A DNA stretch of 64,000 nt, from assembly GCA_965198175.1 (NCBI GenBank), contig OZ240245.1:3552001-3616000 (forward strand), read 5' to 3'. The notes under the pieces are model-generated. The model saw only the letters and a list, made by a program, of their open reading frames with translations. It searched no databases and was not told the origin of the DNA. Within the stretch, counting starts at the first letter, position 1; every line of letters starts with the position of its first letter. Shown piece by piece: positions 50,290-60,137 of the stretch. The position numbers and the translations under genes were made by a program. The stretch comes from Candidatus Poribacteria bacterium. GTDB lineage: Bacteria > Poribacteria > WGA-4E > PCPOR2b.

Positions 50290-53200
50290 ATGACATCAAA
50301 CCTCAATCCAAAAGATTTGATTCTTGCACATGGGCTTACAACGGAGCAAGTTGAAGATGTCCTCAAGAGCTACGGTCTCCAGGATTTGCCCCGAGCAAGC
50401 CGCAATCTACAAAATCTTGCCGGTGAATCGCCGGTGCGCGAAGCGTGTGCTGAGATTATTGGGACTTTGCTCAATTCGGTAGCGGATTCGGCACACCCAG
50501 ATTCTGCTCTGCACAATTTTGCACGGTTTGTGGATGTAACATTTGACCGACTCTGGCTTTATCATCTCCTGCGCGACGCACCATTCCTGACATCAATATT
50601 AGCGACATCCTTTGGATCGAGCACCTATTTCTCAGATATCCTGATCCGCAAACCGGAGTATTTTAATGGGCTCATTGACGCCAATGTGATGGCTGCCCCC
50701 AAGACCCAGGAGATTATGTACGACGAATTGTCCCAGTCCTTGCGTTCAGTAGATTCGGTCGAACAGAAATTGGACGTACTCCGACGCTACAAACGGAAGG
50801 AGAGTTTGCGGATTGGCGTTCGCGATCTCCTCGGTGACGCGGATTTAGAAACAACAACGCTAGAATTAACAAATCTCGCGGAAGCAGCGTTACAGAAATG
50901 CTATGAGATTGGCGAGAATGAACTCACATCAAGATTCGGAACGCCGCAAGCGGAACAACCCAACGGTGAAAAATCACGAAGTACGTTTGCGGTGATAGCA
51001 ATGGGAAAATTTGGTGGCTATGAATTGAATTTTAGCTCGGATATTGACGTGATGTTCATTTATTCGCGAGATGGAGAAACGAATCAAGGGGTTGAGAATC
51101 GGCAATACTTCAACAAACTATCCGAGTTCATTATTAACGGGCTTAGCGAGCTTACAGCAGAAGGGTATGTCTTCCGCGTTGACGCCCGGCTTCGCCCCGA
51201 GAGTAGCGCTGGAAGCATCGCACGCTCCATCGATAGTTACGAGGCATACTACGAGGGTTGGGGCGAAATCTGGGAACGCCAAGCGTTAATCAAAGCGCGT
51301 CCTGTGGCTGGCAATCTCAAACTGGGAAGACAGTTCATTGAAACGATTAAGCCGTTTGTCTATCAACGATATCTTGATGAATTCTCAATCGCTGAAATTA
51401 AGATGGATATCCGCCAGACGAAGGCGCGAATTGAGGATCGAATTCGTGAAAAGGAATCGTCTGTGAACAACCATGTTAAGCTCGGTAGCGGCTGCATTCG
51501 TGATATCGAATTCACGATTCAGTGTCTGCAACTAATCTATGGCGGTCCAAATTCTGCGTTGCGAAATTGCAATTCGCTAGAGACGATTGAACTGCTATAT
51601 CAATACAAGCTTCTGAGCCCGATGAATCGGGATGTGTTTGCGGACGCGTACCGTTTTTTGCGCACGGTTGAACATCGCCTCCAGATGGAAGGCGATCAGC
51701 AGCGTTACTCTCTCCCCTCAAAGACACCGGACCTGATTAAACTCGCTAGGTCAGTGGGGTATCGAGATACGAAATCTGTTTTGGCGTTGGAAGCGTTCCA
51801 CGCAGATTATAGACAGCATACACACGCGGTTCGCTTAATCTTCGAGAAAATCTTGGAGATTCCTGTTCCTGATGGAGGAATTGATTTTGCATCTCTGTTT
51901 ACGACGACAGAGGCGGGGTTGGTCCGCGAGATCTTGAATCCTTTTGGATTTGCGGATCCCCATGAAGCACGAAGGCGATTAAAGTCTATGGCGGAAGGAT
52001 CCGATGGGGTGCGTTTTTCGCCCAATGTTCGACGATTATTTGTTCAGCTCGCGCCTGTGCTGCTACACTTTCTGGCGGAATCTCCGGATCCAGACATGGC
52101 AATTCGATACATCGACGTTTTTGCAAGCAGAGTCGGAGCGCGCGCTTCATATTACACTCTGTTTCGTGATAATCCTTCGATTGCGGAGATGTTGGCGAAG
52201 TTATGTGGAACGAGCCGTTTTCTGGCTGAATTACTCATCGCGCACCCTGAATCGTTTGACGTGTTGACCGTATCCTCGGTGATGGCACACCCTAAAACTT
52301 TAGCCGAGAAGCAACGGGAGACGTTAGAGCTGATTGCCAACGTAGCAGATAGTCGGGTATTTGAAAAACTGCGGCAATACAAAAATAGCGAGGTCTTGCG
52401 TATAGGCATGCGGAGTATCTTAGCACAAGTTGAACTTGAATCCGAGGATTGGGACGAGACACCAAGAATCAAGGCGGATTTGTGGACGACCACCGCTGAA
52501 CTCTCCGATCTCGCTGAGGCAACGCTACAAGCGATGTATTCTCACATCAAGGATACGTTCCAATCTGAACACGGAAGACCTCTAGCAGAAGATGGGACTG
52601 AAGTAACCTTCGCCATCATCGGGATGGGAAAAGTTGGCGGTGGTGAACTGAACTTCAGCTCGGATTTGGACCTAATGTTAGTCTATTCAGCCGACGGTAA
52701 GACAACCGAAGGGGTAACCAATGCGGACTATTTCAGCGACTTCGGCTTGGCACTAGTCAACCGGTTGAAGGGAAGCACCGAAGGGGGATCCATCTACGAA
52801 CTCGATTTGCGACTACGTCCGTTTGGCAACGGCGGAGCGATTGCGATGCCACTAACTGGATACCAGAACTACTTCGATAAACATGCTGAAACGTGGGAAC
52901 GCCAAGCGTTGACCCGCGCCCGCCCGGTCGCAGGCAATATGCAACTGGGCGAGCAGTTCATCGCCCAGGCACACGCTTTTACCTATCACCGTCCGTTGAC
53001 CCCCGATGAAGTCACTCAGATTGCGCATACCCGGCAACGAAAAGAGGCACAAGCCACCCGTCCGGTTACGACACGACGCCGAAGAAAGAGCAGGACTCAG
53101 AATGTGAAAGCCGGCTACGGCGGACTCGTCGATATTGAATTTGCTGTGCAGATACTACAGTTAATTCATGGCACAGATTCTCTACAGGTGCGGGTGCAGC

Positions 53201-53496
53201 ACACGGTTGGAGCGATTACGCAGTTGCATGAGATTGCTGCGTTGACATACGACCAAAAAGCTCAGCTTCTTGAGGCTTATGAATTTCTGAGACGAGTGGA
53301 AAACAGCCTGAGAATCGTCCACGATCGTCCGCTGGACGCGCTACCGGATAAAGCAGCGGAGTTAGAGAAACTCGCCAGACGACTAGGCTACGTCGATCAG
53401 AACGGGGAGGTGTCAAGTCGGTTTCTTAAAGACTATCAGGATTGTACAAAGCGCACACGCACACTGTTTCATGAACTGCTCGGTATTCATAACTGA
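50290..53496 (+). CDS. glnE: Bifunctional glutamine synthetase adenylyltransferase/deadenylase
   Basis: Two nucleotidyltransferase repeats: MGKFGGYELNFSSDID..VDARLRP..WERQALIKAR and MGKVGGGELNFSSDLD..LDLRLRP..WERQALTRAR. Confidence 0.95.
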   Translation: MTSNLNPKDLILAHGLTTEQVEDVLKSYGLQDLPRASRNLQNLAGESPVREACAEIIGTLLNSVADSAHPDSALHNFARFVDVTFDRLWLYHLLRDAPFLTSILATSFGSSTYFSDILIRKPEYFNGLIDANVMAAPKTQEIMYDELSQSLRSVDSVEQKLDVLRRYKRKESLRIGVRDLLGDADLETTTLELTNLAEAALQKCYEIGENELTSRFGTPQAEQPNGEKSRSTFAVIAMGKFGGYELNFSSDIDVMFIYSRDGETNQGVENRQYFNKLSEFIINGLSELTAEGYVFRVDARLRPESSAGSIARSIDSYEAYYEGWGEIWERQALIKARPVAGNLKLGRQFIETIKPFVYQRYLDEFSIAEIKMDIRQTKARIEDRIREKESSVNNHVKLGSGCIRDIEFTIQCLQLIYGGPNSALRNCNSLETIELLYQYKLLSPMNRDVFADAYRFLRTVEHRLQMEGDQQRYSLPSKTPDLIKLARSVGYRDTKSVLALEAFHADYRQHTHAVRLIFEKILEIPVPDGGIDFASLFTTTEAGLVREILNPFGFADPHEARRRLKSMAEGSDGVRFSPNVRRLFVQLAPVLLHFLAESPDPDMAIRYIDVFASRVGARASYYTLFRDNPSIAEMLAKLCGTSRFLAELLIAHPESFDVLTVSSVMAHPKTLAEKQRETLELIANVADSRVFEKLRQYKNSEVLRIGMRSILAQVELESEDWDETPRIKADLWTTTAELSDLAEATLQAMYSHIKDTFQSEHGRPLAEDGTEVTFAIIGMGKVGGGELNFSSDLDLMLVYSADGKTTEGVTNADYFSDFGLALVNRLKGSTEGGSIYELDLRLRPFGNGGAIAMPLTGYQNYFDKHAETWERQALTRARPVAGNMQLGEQFIAQAHAFTYHRPLTPDEVTQIAHTRQRKEAQATRPVTTRRRRKSRTQNVKAGYGGLVDIEFAVQILQLIHGTDSLQVRVQHTVGAITQLHEIAALTYDQKAQLLEAYEFLRRVENSLRIVHDRPLDALPDKAAELEKLARRLGYVDQNGEVSSRFLKDYQDCTKRTRTLFHELLGIHN

Positions 53497-53558
53497 GGGA
53501 TTTGGCCGCTATATCTTTAGTGCGAGAGACCTACAAGAGAATTGTATTTCCTGCCTTA

Positions 53559-54398
53559 TTAGCTACCGCCGTCGCGTCGATCATCGTGAAGTGCCTTGAA
53601 AGTGTCCATGGGTTGCCCTGGGTTTTGATGGCAATTGTTCATGTACCACAGGTTCTTACCCAGGGAATCTAAGCACCCATATTTGTTCTGGTATTCTAAT
53701 ACTTGCGCGTCCGTGGCACGAGGGGCGTCGCGAAAGCTAACTACCCAGTCTTTATACTTAGGGTCTATGGGATAACCGTCACTGTTCAACTCGACGACAT
53801 GTCGAGCAACACCTTGTCTGCCACTGTAGCCTCCATTGGGAAGATGAAAAATCCACGAAACGTCCCCTTCCCACTGCAAACACATCATATGGTCATCTGT
53901 GTTCAAATTCGGTTTAACGTGGAAGGGGCCATTCTGTACGAATGCATCATACAATGTTCGATCTGGATGTGCCAACACGGCTGCAATTATAATTCTGTCA
54001 ACTGGTGTGGCGTATGCGGCACGGAGGTGTTGGTGTAGAATGTCCAATACGACTTCATATATTTCAGGTACGGTCTTGCGCAGATGTGTACGGAGTGTAT
54101 CATACGTGATTATCCGTTGCAGGTACCGCGAGACTTGCCACATCGTGTCTTGGCATTGTGCGTCGGATATGTTTCCCGCAGCAACTTCGGTACCTAGAAA
54201 GTCAATGAAGTGTCGTTCCACATCGTATGGTATGTGCAGGTCTCTGAGTTTGAGCTTAATGCGTTCTTCCGTATCACTATCCACAACGACCGGCATATCA
54301 ACATCCACATCATCTTCTGCAAGCGGGGATAGCGGTGGGTTATCTTCACTACAGCTGTACACGAATGCGCAAAGCGTGAGAATCAAAAGTGATTTCAT
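53559..54398 (-). CDS. Hypothetical lipoprotein
   Basis: AAAGGAG RBS; MKSLLILTLCAFVYS-C lipobox-like signal; C-terminal motif shared with the neighbouring gene. Confidence 0.75.
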   Translation of the reverse strand: MKSLLILTLCAFVYSCSEDNPPLSPLAEDDVDVDMPVVVDSDTEERIKLKLRDLHIPYDVERHFIDFLGTEVAAGNISDAQCQDTMWQVSRYLQRIITYDTLRTHLRKTVPEIYEVVLDILHQHLRAAYATPVDRIIIAAVLAHPDRTLYDAFVQNGPFHVKPNLNTDDHMMCLQWEGDVSWIFHLPNGGYSGRQGVARHVVELNSDGYPIDPKYKDWVVSFRDAPRATDAQVLEYQNKYGCLDSLGKNLWYMNNCHQNPGQPMDTFKALHDDRRDGGS

Positions 54399-54415
54399 TT
54401 GTAGGTCTCCTTTCA

Positions 54416-55210
54416 TTACTTCTTAACGCAATCGTAGGCGTTGGGGCTGCGTATGCGGTTGTATCTCGCAATTTGCTCAGCGGTCGCACGGGGCGCATCG
54501 TCAAAATGAACTATCCAATCCTTGTATTTCGGTTCGACCGGCAAACCATCTGCTTTATCTATCACAATGTAGGCGGCATGCTCGCGCTTGCGCTTGTCTG
54601 GAACATCAGGTGTATTCACCTCACCTTTTTCCACCCAGTCCGCAACTATCTGATTTAATACGGTTTGGTGCTTGGGTTCGTCCAACAGGCCTGGACCTCC
54701 GCGGGGTTCGGCACCCACTAGCCAGCCTCGTCCACGCTCTCCATCGTATAGTCCGATCAGTTTTATGTGTCTCGCTCTCCAGTAGACGACTTTGAGCCCA
54801 GTTGGGTCAGGGTCGAAAGCGACTTTTACACTACGATCTTTAAACCAAGACGCCACTACGATTCGGCTGCGGTCGTCATGCGTAGCCGCGGGGTGAGGTA
54901 CATCTTTCGCGCGATTGTATGCTCCCTCCGAGACAGCACGCTTCAAGTGCAGGTCAACCACAGTGTGATGCGTGTCTCCTTGACAGAGATCGTAAATGTA
55001 TTGGAGGAACGCCTGAAATTCGGGTTCAGGCATGTCCGACTGAAGATTGGCATACCGCTTAGCAAGCGCAAGCGGTAAGTGTGCAGGGATTTCGTACCGG
55101 ATTGGTATTTCTTGGACAACAGGCTCTAGTTTATTAGGAATCGGCGGTTTACTTTCGCTGCAAGCCAAGCCCATCGCTAAAATCGTGGTGACAATCAACA
55201 TACGTGCCAT
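54416..55210 (-). CDS. Hypothetical lipoprotein (paralog of the downstream gene)
   Basis: GGAGG RBS; MARMLIVTTILAMGLA-C lipobox; PKYKDW.V.F.DAPRAT motif. Confidence 0.75.
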   Translation of the reverse strand: MARMLIVTTILAMGLACSESKPPIPNKLEPVVQEIPIRYEIPAHLPLALAKRYANLQSDMPEPEFQAFLQYIYDLCQGDTHHTVVDLHLKRAVSEGAYNRAKDVPHPAATHDDRSRIVVASWFKDRSVKVAFDPDPTGLKVVYWRARHIKLIGLYDGERGRGWLVGAEPRGGPGLLDEPKHQTVLNQIVADWVEKGEVNTPDVPDKRKREHAAYIVIDKADGLPVEPKYKDWIVHFDDAPRATAEQIARYNRIRSPNAYDCVKK

Positions 55211-55311
55211 CTGAAGCCTCCATTCATTGGTCAGTAATACGCTTTTGTTGTTGGGTGTTCGCAAGGAAACCACTTTATCGAAACTGAATCCTGCATTTTG
55301 ATTGGTAAAGT

Positions 55312-55327
55312 AGCAAATTATATGCCA
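55312..55327 (-). promoter_or_regulatory. Sigma54 (-24/-12) promoter
   Basis: Minus strand TGGCATATAATTTGCT has exact GG-N10-GC spacing and lies about 100 nt upstream of ATG 55210. Confidence 0.75.
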
Positions 55328-55732
55328 TAACGGGCAATTCGCCTCAATTCGGACTCGACAAGCCTAATGTATCATGGCGCAGGGCTTTTCGAATCGGCGA
55401 GGTAGCCGTATCAAAAGAGGCACTACACGTCAATTGACCTGAGTTGTTGTCTAATTTTCTGCTTTTTGTGTAAGCCCTAGCGATGAAAATAATCCATTCA
55501 ACTCACTCGCGAGGGGGTGAATCTAGTGTTCCAAACGGTGCAACTTCCTTGAGAACTTGCACCAAATGGGGCAAACGCGCATAATGAAATTGGAATTAAA
55601 GGCGATTGTTCCCTTCTGATTCGGCGTGAATCCAGGCACCCTTCTGTATATTTTGCGTTCCGATAACCTACGGTTATGTTTTGGCAACTCGCTTTCGTCA
55701 CACTAGAACACATCGTGGTAGGGCAAAATGGC

Positions 55733-55761
55733 TTGCTTAAACTCGGAAGATCGCTTATAAT
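55733..55761 (+). promoter_or_regulatory. Sigma70-type promoter
   Basis: TTGCTT-17 nt-TATAAT, about 30 nt upstream of ATG 55791. Confidence 0.6.
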
Positions 55762-55790
55762 TTTCATCGTCTTTTGAAGGGAGATAGGAC

Positions 55791-56843
55791 ATGTCAGACA
55801 AATATCGCGTCGGGATTATCGGCTGTGGCAGCATTGCCCATTTGCACGCAGACAGTTACCGGAGCGTGGAGTCAATTGAGGTTGTCGCAATTGCTGACCC
55901 CGTTGAGGAGGCGTTGAATGAGTTTGGCGCTCGCCACAACATTAAGAACCGATATCACGACGCCCGCGAAATGCTCGACAAAGAAGACTTGGGCATCGTA
56001 ATCGTTACAACGTGGCCAAAGTTACATGTAGCGATGACCGCAGCCGCCTGTTCGCGAAAACCGTACGCGGTGATTTGCGAGAAACCGATGGCGGCGACCC
56101 TCGGCGAATGTGATGAGATGTTGACTGTCGCCTCGCGCTACAATGTCAAGCTGGCGATTGGACATCAGCGACGGTTTAATTCGGCTTGGACAATGGCTCG
56201 CGACTTAATTGCTGGCGGAACGATTGGCGATCCACGACAGATTGTTTGCAGAGGTGGTCAGGGGTTGCTGAATGACTGTTCACACCTAATCGATATGATG
56301 CGATACGTACTTAGCGACCCCAACGCGTCTTGGGTTATCGGCAACGTCGAACGCAAAACGGAACGATATGAGCGTGATATACCGATTGAAGATCGGAGTG
56401 CCGGGATTGTCGGGTTCGATAATGGTTGCGTCGGTTTGCTGCTTCAGGAGATTGCTGGTCCCAACGATTACGGCGGCTTAATCTACGGTACAGACGGGAT
56501 TATAGATTTGACGGAACAGCGGGTGCGTGTGCTCAACAGTCGGTCTGCAGAATGGGAGGAATGCCAAGCAGATAACGAAAATCCATGGGAGGCGCAAATT
56601 CGGGAGTTAGTCTCATGGATTGAGGGAAAAACGGAGCACCGTGGCGATGCAATACACGGGCGTGCAGCAGTAGAAATCATCATGGCGATTTACGAATCTG
56701 CGCGGATGCACGAGGTTGTGCAGATGCCCGTCCGAACGCTTTGCTCGCCGTTAGAGCTGATGATTGAAAGCGGTGAGCTACCGGTTGAACGTCCGGGGCG
56801 TTACGACATACGAGCGTTTCTGCTTCGTGGGGAGGCGAGGTAA
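55791..56843 (+). CDS. Gfo/Idh/MocA family oxidoreductase
   Basis: VGIIGCGSIA, CEKPMA, HQRRF and DCSHLID. Confidence 0.92.
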   Translation: MSDKYRVGIIGCGSIAHLHADSYRSVESIEVVAIADPVEEALNEFGARHNIKNRYHDAREMLDKEDLGIVIVTTWPKLHVAMTAAACSRKPYAVICEKPMAATLGECDEMLTVASRYNVKLAIGHQRRFNSAWTMARDLIAGGTIGDPRQIVCRGGQGLLNDCSHLIDMMRYVLSDPNASWVIGNVERKTERYERDIPIEDRSAGIVGFDNGCVGLLLQEIAGPNDYGGLIYGTDGIIDLTEQRVRVLNSRSAEWEECQADNENPWEAQIRELVSWIEGKTEHRGDAIHGRAAVEIIMAIYESARMHEVVQMPVRTLCSPLELMIESGELPVERPGRYDIRAFLLRGEAR

Positions 56844-56937
56844 TCTTCATAAGACAGCAGCACGGATGAGCGCTTATTCCGATTTCAGAAATAGAAAGTG
56901 TATGCGCAGTCACCGATTGTTCAAAAAAGGACGATGA

Positions 56938-57768
56938 ATGACCATTACTGAAGCGATTGTGCTTGGCGTTTTGCAGGGGTTGACCGAGTTTCTACCGGTG
57001 AGCAGTTCTGGACATTTGGTGTTGATGCAGCATTTTCTCGAGATGAAAGAGCCGCAGGTCTTTTTTGACGTGATGCTTCACGTGGGGACACTCGGCGCAG
57101 TTGTGGTTGTGTATCGTCAATCGATTTGGGCACTGACGCGAACCGGTATTTCCGCTTTTGCCAGCGCAAGCTTTTACCGACACTCCATCCGCACAATCAA
57201 TGACAACCGGGATCTCAAACTGGTCTGGTTCATCCTAATCGGCTCAATTCCAACTGGACTAATTGCCATTTTGTTCAAAGATCAGTTTAAAGCGCTGTTC
57301 GCCAAACCTGAGATTGTCGCCGCCATGCTTATCGTTACCGGTCTGCTGCTGCATCTGCCTCGTCTGAGGCGAGAGAAGCAGCACGGAAACCTTTCTCTAC
57401 GGGCGTGGCATACACCCCTAATCGGCATCGCCCAAGGGCTTGCCATTACGCCGGGGATTTCCAGATCTGGATCAACAATCTCCCTTTGTTTGATGTTGGG
57501 TATATCTCCACAGATTGCAGCACAGTATTCTTTTCTTCTCGCGATCCCTGCGATACTCGGTGCACTTCTCCTCGAAATTGGGGGCGTACTTAAGGATGTA
57601 GCCGAGGTTACGCTCGTTCCCACTCTAATCGGCACCCTAACTGCATTTGTCGCAGGTTACATTGCTTTGCGCGTTCTGCTTACCACACTAAATCGAGGGA
57701 AGTTCTCCCTGTTTTCCTACTACTGCTTTGCCGTAGGGGGCACAGTTCTCATCAGGATGGTATGGTGA
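56938..57768 (+). CDS. uppP: Undecaprenyl-diphosphate phosphatase
   Basis: QGLTEFLPVSSSGHL, PGISRSGSTI and YSFLLAIP. Confidence 0.95.
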   Translation: MTITEAIVLGVLQGLTEFLPVSSSGHLVLMQHFLEMKEPQVFFDVMLHVGTLGAVVVVYRQSIWALTRTGISAFASASFYRHSIRTINDNRDLKLVWFILIGSIPTGLIAILFKDQFKALFAKPEIVAAMLIVTGLLLHLPRLRREKQHGNLSLRAWHTPLIGIAQGLAITPGISRSGSTISLCLMLGISPQIAAQYSFLLAIPAILGALLLEIGGVLKDVAEVTLVPTLIGTLTAFVAGYIALRVLLTTLNRGKFSLFSYYCFAVGGTVLIRMVW

Positions 57769-57827
57769 CGTGTAGGAATAACGAAGCGAAGTTGCTTGTT
57801 CCGACTAGAAGCGGTTTTCCCTCATTT

Positions 57828-58916
57828 TCACACGTTAAATCGGATGGTTAACACATCTCCATCCTGTACGACGTATTCTCTCCCTTCGAGCCGCAGTAAT
57901 CCGAGTTCTCTCGCCTTTGCGGGACTTCCACAGTCCACGATCCTTTTCCAGTGGATAGTTTCCGCGCGGATAAATCCACGTGCCAAGTCCGTGTGGATGG
58001 TAGCCGCAGCATCTACTACCGTAAGCCCGCGCGGAAGGGTCCAAGCCCGCAATTCCATGGAAACGACAGTGAAAAATGTAATCAGCCCCAACAGACGGTA
58101 TGATGCTTGTATTACCCGCTTCAGCGCAGATTCTTCTAATCCCATTTCACCGAGAAAAATCCGTACATCTTCCGCATCTAATTGAGCGATTTCCATCTCG
58201 AGTTTTGCTGAAAGCAGAATTACCTCAGTTTGGAACTCACCGTCAATTTTCGCAAACCTCTCATGTATCTGTTCTACTTGATCCAATTGATTCTCTGCAA
58301 TATTGAGAATCAACAAGAGCGGCTTCTGTGTCAAGAATCCGTATCCTCGTATTGCCTGCGCATTTTCTGGGGTGATGTCAATTTCTCTGAGGGGAATACC
58401 ACTCTCCAGCGTCTCTTTGCAACCTTCCAACACGGCGAGTTCCTTTTCAAGGACCGGAGACTTTTTGGCGCGTAATTCGCGGTTGAGCCGCTCTAATCTT
58501 TTGTCAATAATCTGTAGATCTGCAAAGGTTAGCTCTAGGTCAACTGTTTCAATATCCCGCTTCGGATCTACGCTACCATCAACATGCGGCACCGAATCAT
58601 CTTCAAAAACGCGAACAACATGTGCGAGCGCATCAACTTGACGGAGATCTGCGATGACATCCGTGCCCAACCCACTTCGCTCGACGTTACCTTTTGAAAT
58701 CCCGGCAACGTCAACGTAATCAATACGCACCGGCGTAATCTGCTTCGGTTCTAATATCTCAGCCAGAGATTGCAACCGTTCGTCCGGCACCGTTACCACA
58801 CTGACATTTGATTGCTTCTTCTCAGTATATGTCCCTGTCTCCGCCCTGGATTGTGTCAGTGCGTTGAAAATAGCGGTCTTTCCAACATAGGGTAGCCCTA
58901 CAATACCAATTTTCAT
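57828..58916 (-). CDS. ychF: YchF/Obg-family ATPase
   Basis: GIVGLPYVGKTAIFNALT, DVAG, IHTDLARGFIRAE and RLEGREYVVQDGD. Confidence 0.93.
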   Translation of the reverse strand: MKIGIVGLPYVGKTAIFNALTQSRAETGTYTEKKQSNVSVVTVPDERLQSLAEILEPKQITPVRIDYVDVAGISKGNVERSGLGTDVIADLRQVDALAHVVRVFEDDSVPHVDGSVDPKRDIETVDLELTFADLQIIDKRLERLNRELRAKKSPVLEKELAVLEGCKETLESGIPLREIDITPENAQAIRGYGFLTQKPLLLILNIAENQLDQVEQIHERFAKIDGEFQTEVILLSAKLEMEIAQLDAEDVRIFLGEMGLEESALKRVIQASYRLLGLITFFTVVSMELRAWTLPRGLTVVDAAATIHTDLARGFIRAETIHWKRIVDCGSPAKARELGLLRLEGREYVVQDGDVLTIRFNV

Positions 58917-59155
58917 TGAATTCTCCAGCCGGAAATGTGACAATAGCATAACATCTTAAAATCGCTTGTGTCAACGGAATTTGTACGAATAGCACTTCGA
59001 TAATGATTGGTATTAGAATTGTTCCTGCGGTTGCTTGAAGCAGAGCATGAAGCAGCCGTACGCTATGGGGAGGGTCGTCTAAAGCGCGACATGCTCTGCT
59101 AACACGTTGGCGGACTTTCAGGCTGCGTAGATCGCCCAATGCGCCGATAAAGTCC

Positions 59156-59185
59156 TTGACATTGAGCTCTCTCCTTTGGTATCAT
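59156..59185 (+). promoter_or_regulatory. Sigma70-type promoter of the tRNA pair
   Basis: TTGACA, 18-nt spacer ending in TGG, TATCAT; 20 nt upstream of tRNA-Phe. Confidence 0.65.
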
Positions 59186-59204
59186 TCTATCCGTATGATA
59201 ATCT

Positions 59205-59277
59205 GCCGAGGTAGCTCAGTTGGTAGAGCAGTGGACTGAAAATCCATGTGTCGGCAGTTCGATTCTGCCCTTCGGCA
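59205..59277 (+). tRNA. tRNA-Phe (GAA)
   Basis: Cloverleaf: acceptor GCCGAGG/CTTCGGC, D-stem GCTC/GAGC, anticodon loop CTGAAAA, T-loop TTCGATT. CCA not encoded. Confidence 0.97.
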
Positions 59278-59290
59278 TTCATAATATCTA

Positions 59291-59316
59291 CAGCCCCATC
59301 ATGAATGATGGGGCTG
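59291..59316. other. Perfect hairpin in the tRNA spacer
   Basis: CAGCCCCATCAT-GA-ATGATGGGGCTG. Confidence 0.7.
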
Positions 59317-59329
59317 CATTCTATTGTGA

Positions 59330-59402
59330 GCCGGTGTAGCTCAGTGGCCAGAGCAACTGATTCGTAATCAGTAGGTCGGAGGTTCAAATCCCCTCACCGG
59401 CT
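59330..59402 (+). tRNA. tRNA-Thr (CGT)
   Basis: Acceptor GCCGGTG/CACCGGC, anticodon arm ACTGA-TTCGTAA-TCAGT, T-loop TTCAAAT. One A-C mismatch in the T-stem. CCA not encoded. Confidence 0.95.
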
Positions 59403-59516
59403 TTTCCTATTTCTTCCTTCCACAGCCACGTTGCAATCCTTTTACTAAATTACCTCATCAATTGATCGGGGGCATCCATTGTTACTTGTTTCTCGCGTTT
59501 GCCTTTCGGCTTGCTT

Positions 59517-59542
59517 AAACCTTTTACGCCTTGACACGTCTA
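59517..59542 (+). promoter_or_regulatory. Candidate ECF-sigma autoregulatory promoter
   Basis: AAAC-16 nt-CGTCTA immediately upstream of the ECF sigma gene. Confidence 0.55.
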
Positions 59543-59558
59543 CAACGGAAGATTGTCC

Positions 59559-60131
59559 ATGAAAGCCGACCCAGATCGATTCCTCATTGAGTGCGTACAG
59601 AGTGGGGATATCGCCGCATTTGGTGAGCTTGTTCAGAAGTATCAGAAGCGAATTTACGAACTCGCATATCGTTTTACTCACCATCCAGAAGATGCTTCTG
59701 ATCTTAGTCAGGAAATTTTTCTCAAAGCGTTCAAAGCCTTGGGGAAATTTGAGAGTAAATCCACGTTCTACACATGGATTTATCAGATTGCAAAGAATAC
59801 CTGCATTGATTATACGCGGCGAAGAACTGGACGCACCGATTTACCCTTCGTTGATGAAATCTTACCGGATGATTCGCAAGTCCAATCTCAATGTTCTGCG
59901 GATCTTGTGTTTCGTCATTTGGAACAGGTTGAGCTTGAAGCTGAAATTAAGAAAGCCATTGAACAGTTGTCCCCACGTCAAAAACAGGTTTTTATTTTGA
60001 GGCATTATGAAGGATTAGCTTTGCGGGAGATTGCAGTTACGCTTAACCTGCGTGTTGGCAGTGTTAAGGCGCATCTGTTTAATGCAACGCGAAAATTACG
60101 GAAACTGCTCACGCCTTATTTGGAAGAGTAA
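59559..60131 (+). CDS. ECF-type RNA polymerase sigma factor
   Basis: GDIAAFGELV, DASDLSQEIFLKA, FYTWIYQIAKN and LSPRQKQVFILRHYEGL..EIA..GSVKAHL. Confidence 0.95.
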   Translation: MKADPDRFLIECVQSGDIAAFGELVQKYQKRIYELAYRFTHHPEDASDLSQEIFLKAFKALGKFESKSTFYTWIYQIAKNTCIDYTRRRTGRTDLPFVDEILPDDSQVQSQCSADLVFRHLEQVELEAEIKKAIEQLSPRQKQVFILRHYEGLALREIAVTLNLRVGSVKAHLFNATRKLRKLLTPYLEE

Positions 60132-60137
60132 TCTATC

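Noticed and set aside
53899..54426. 175-aa plus-strand ORF opposite the lipoprotein gene
   Set aside because: Antisense shadow. The minus-strand gene has an RBS, a lipobox and paralog support.
59205..59402. tRNAs as integration site for the R-M island
   Set aside because: They are more than 20 kb away, no integrase is present, and I saw no duplicated tRNA 3' end.
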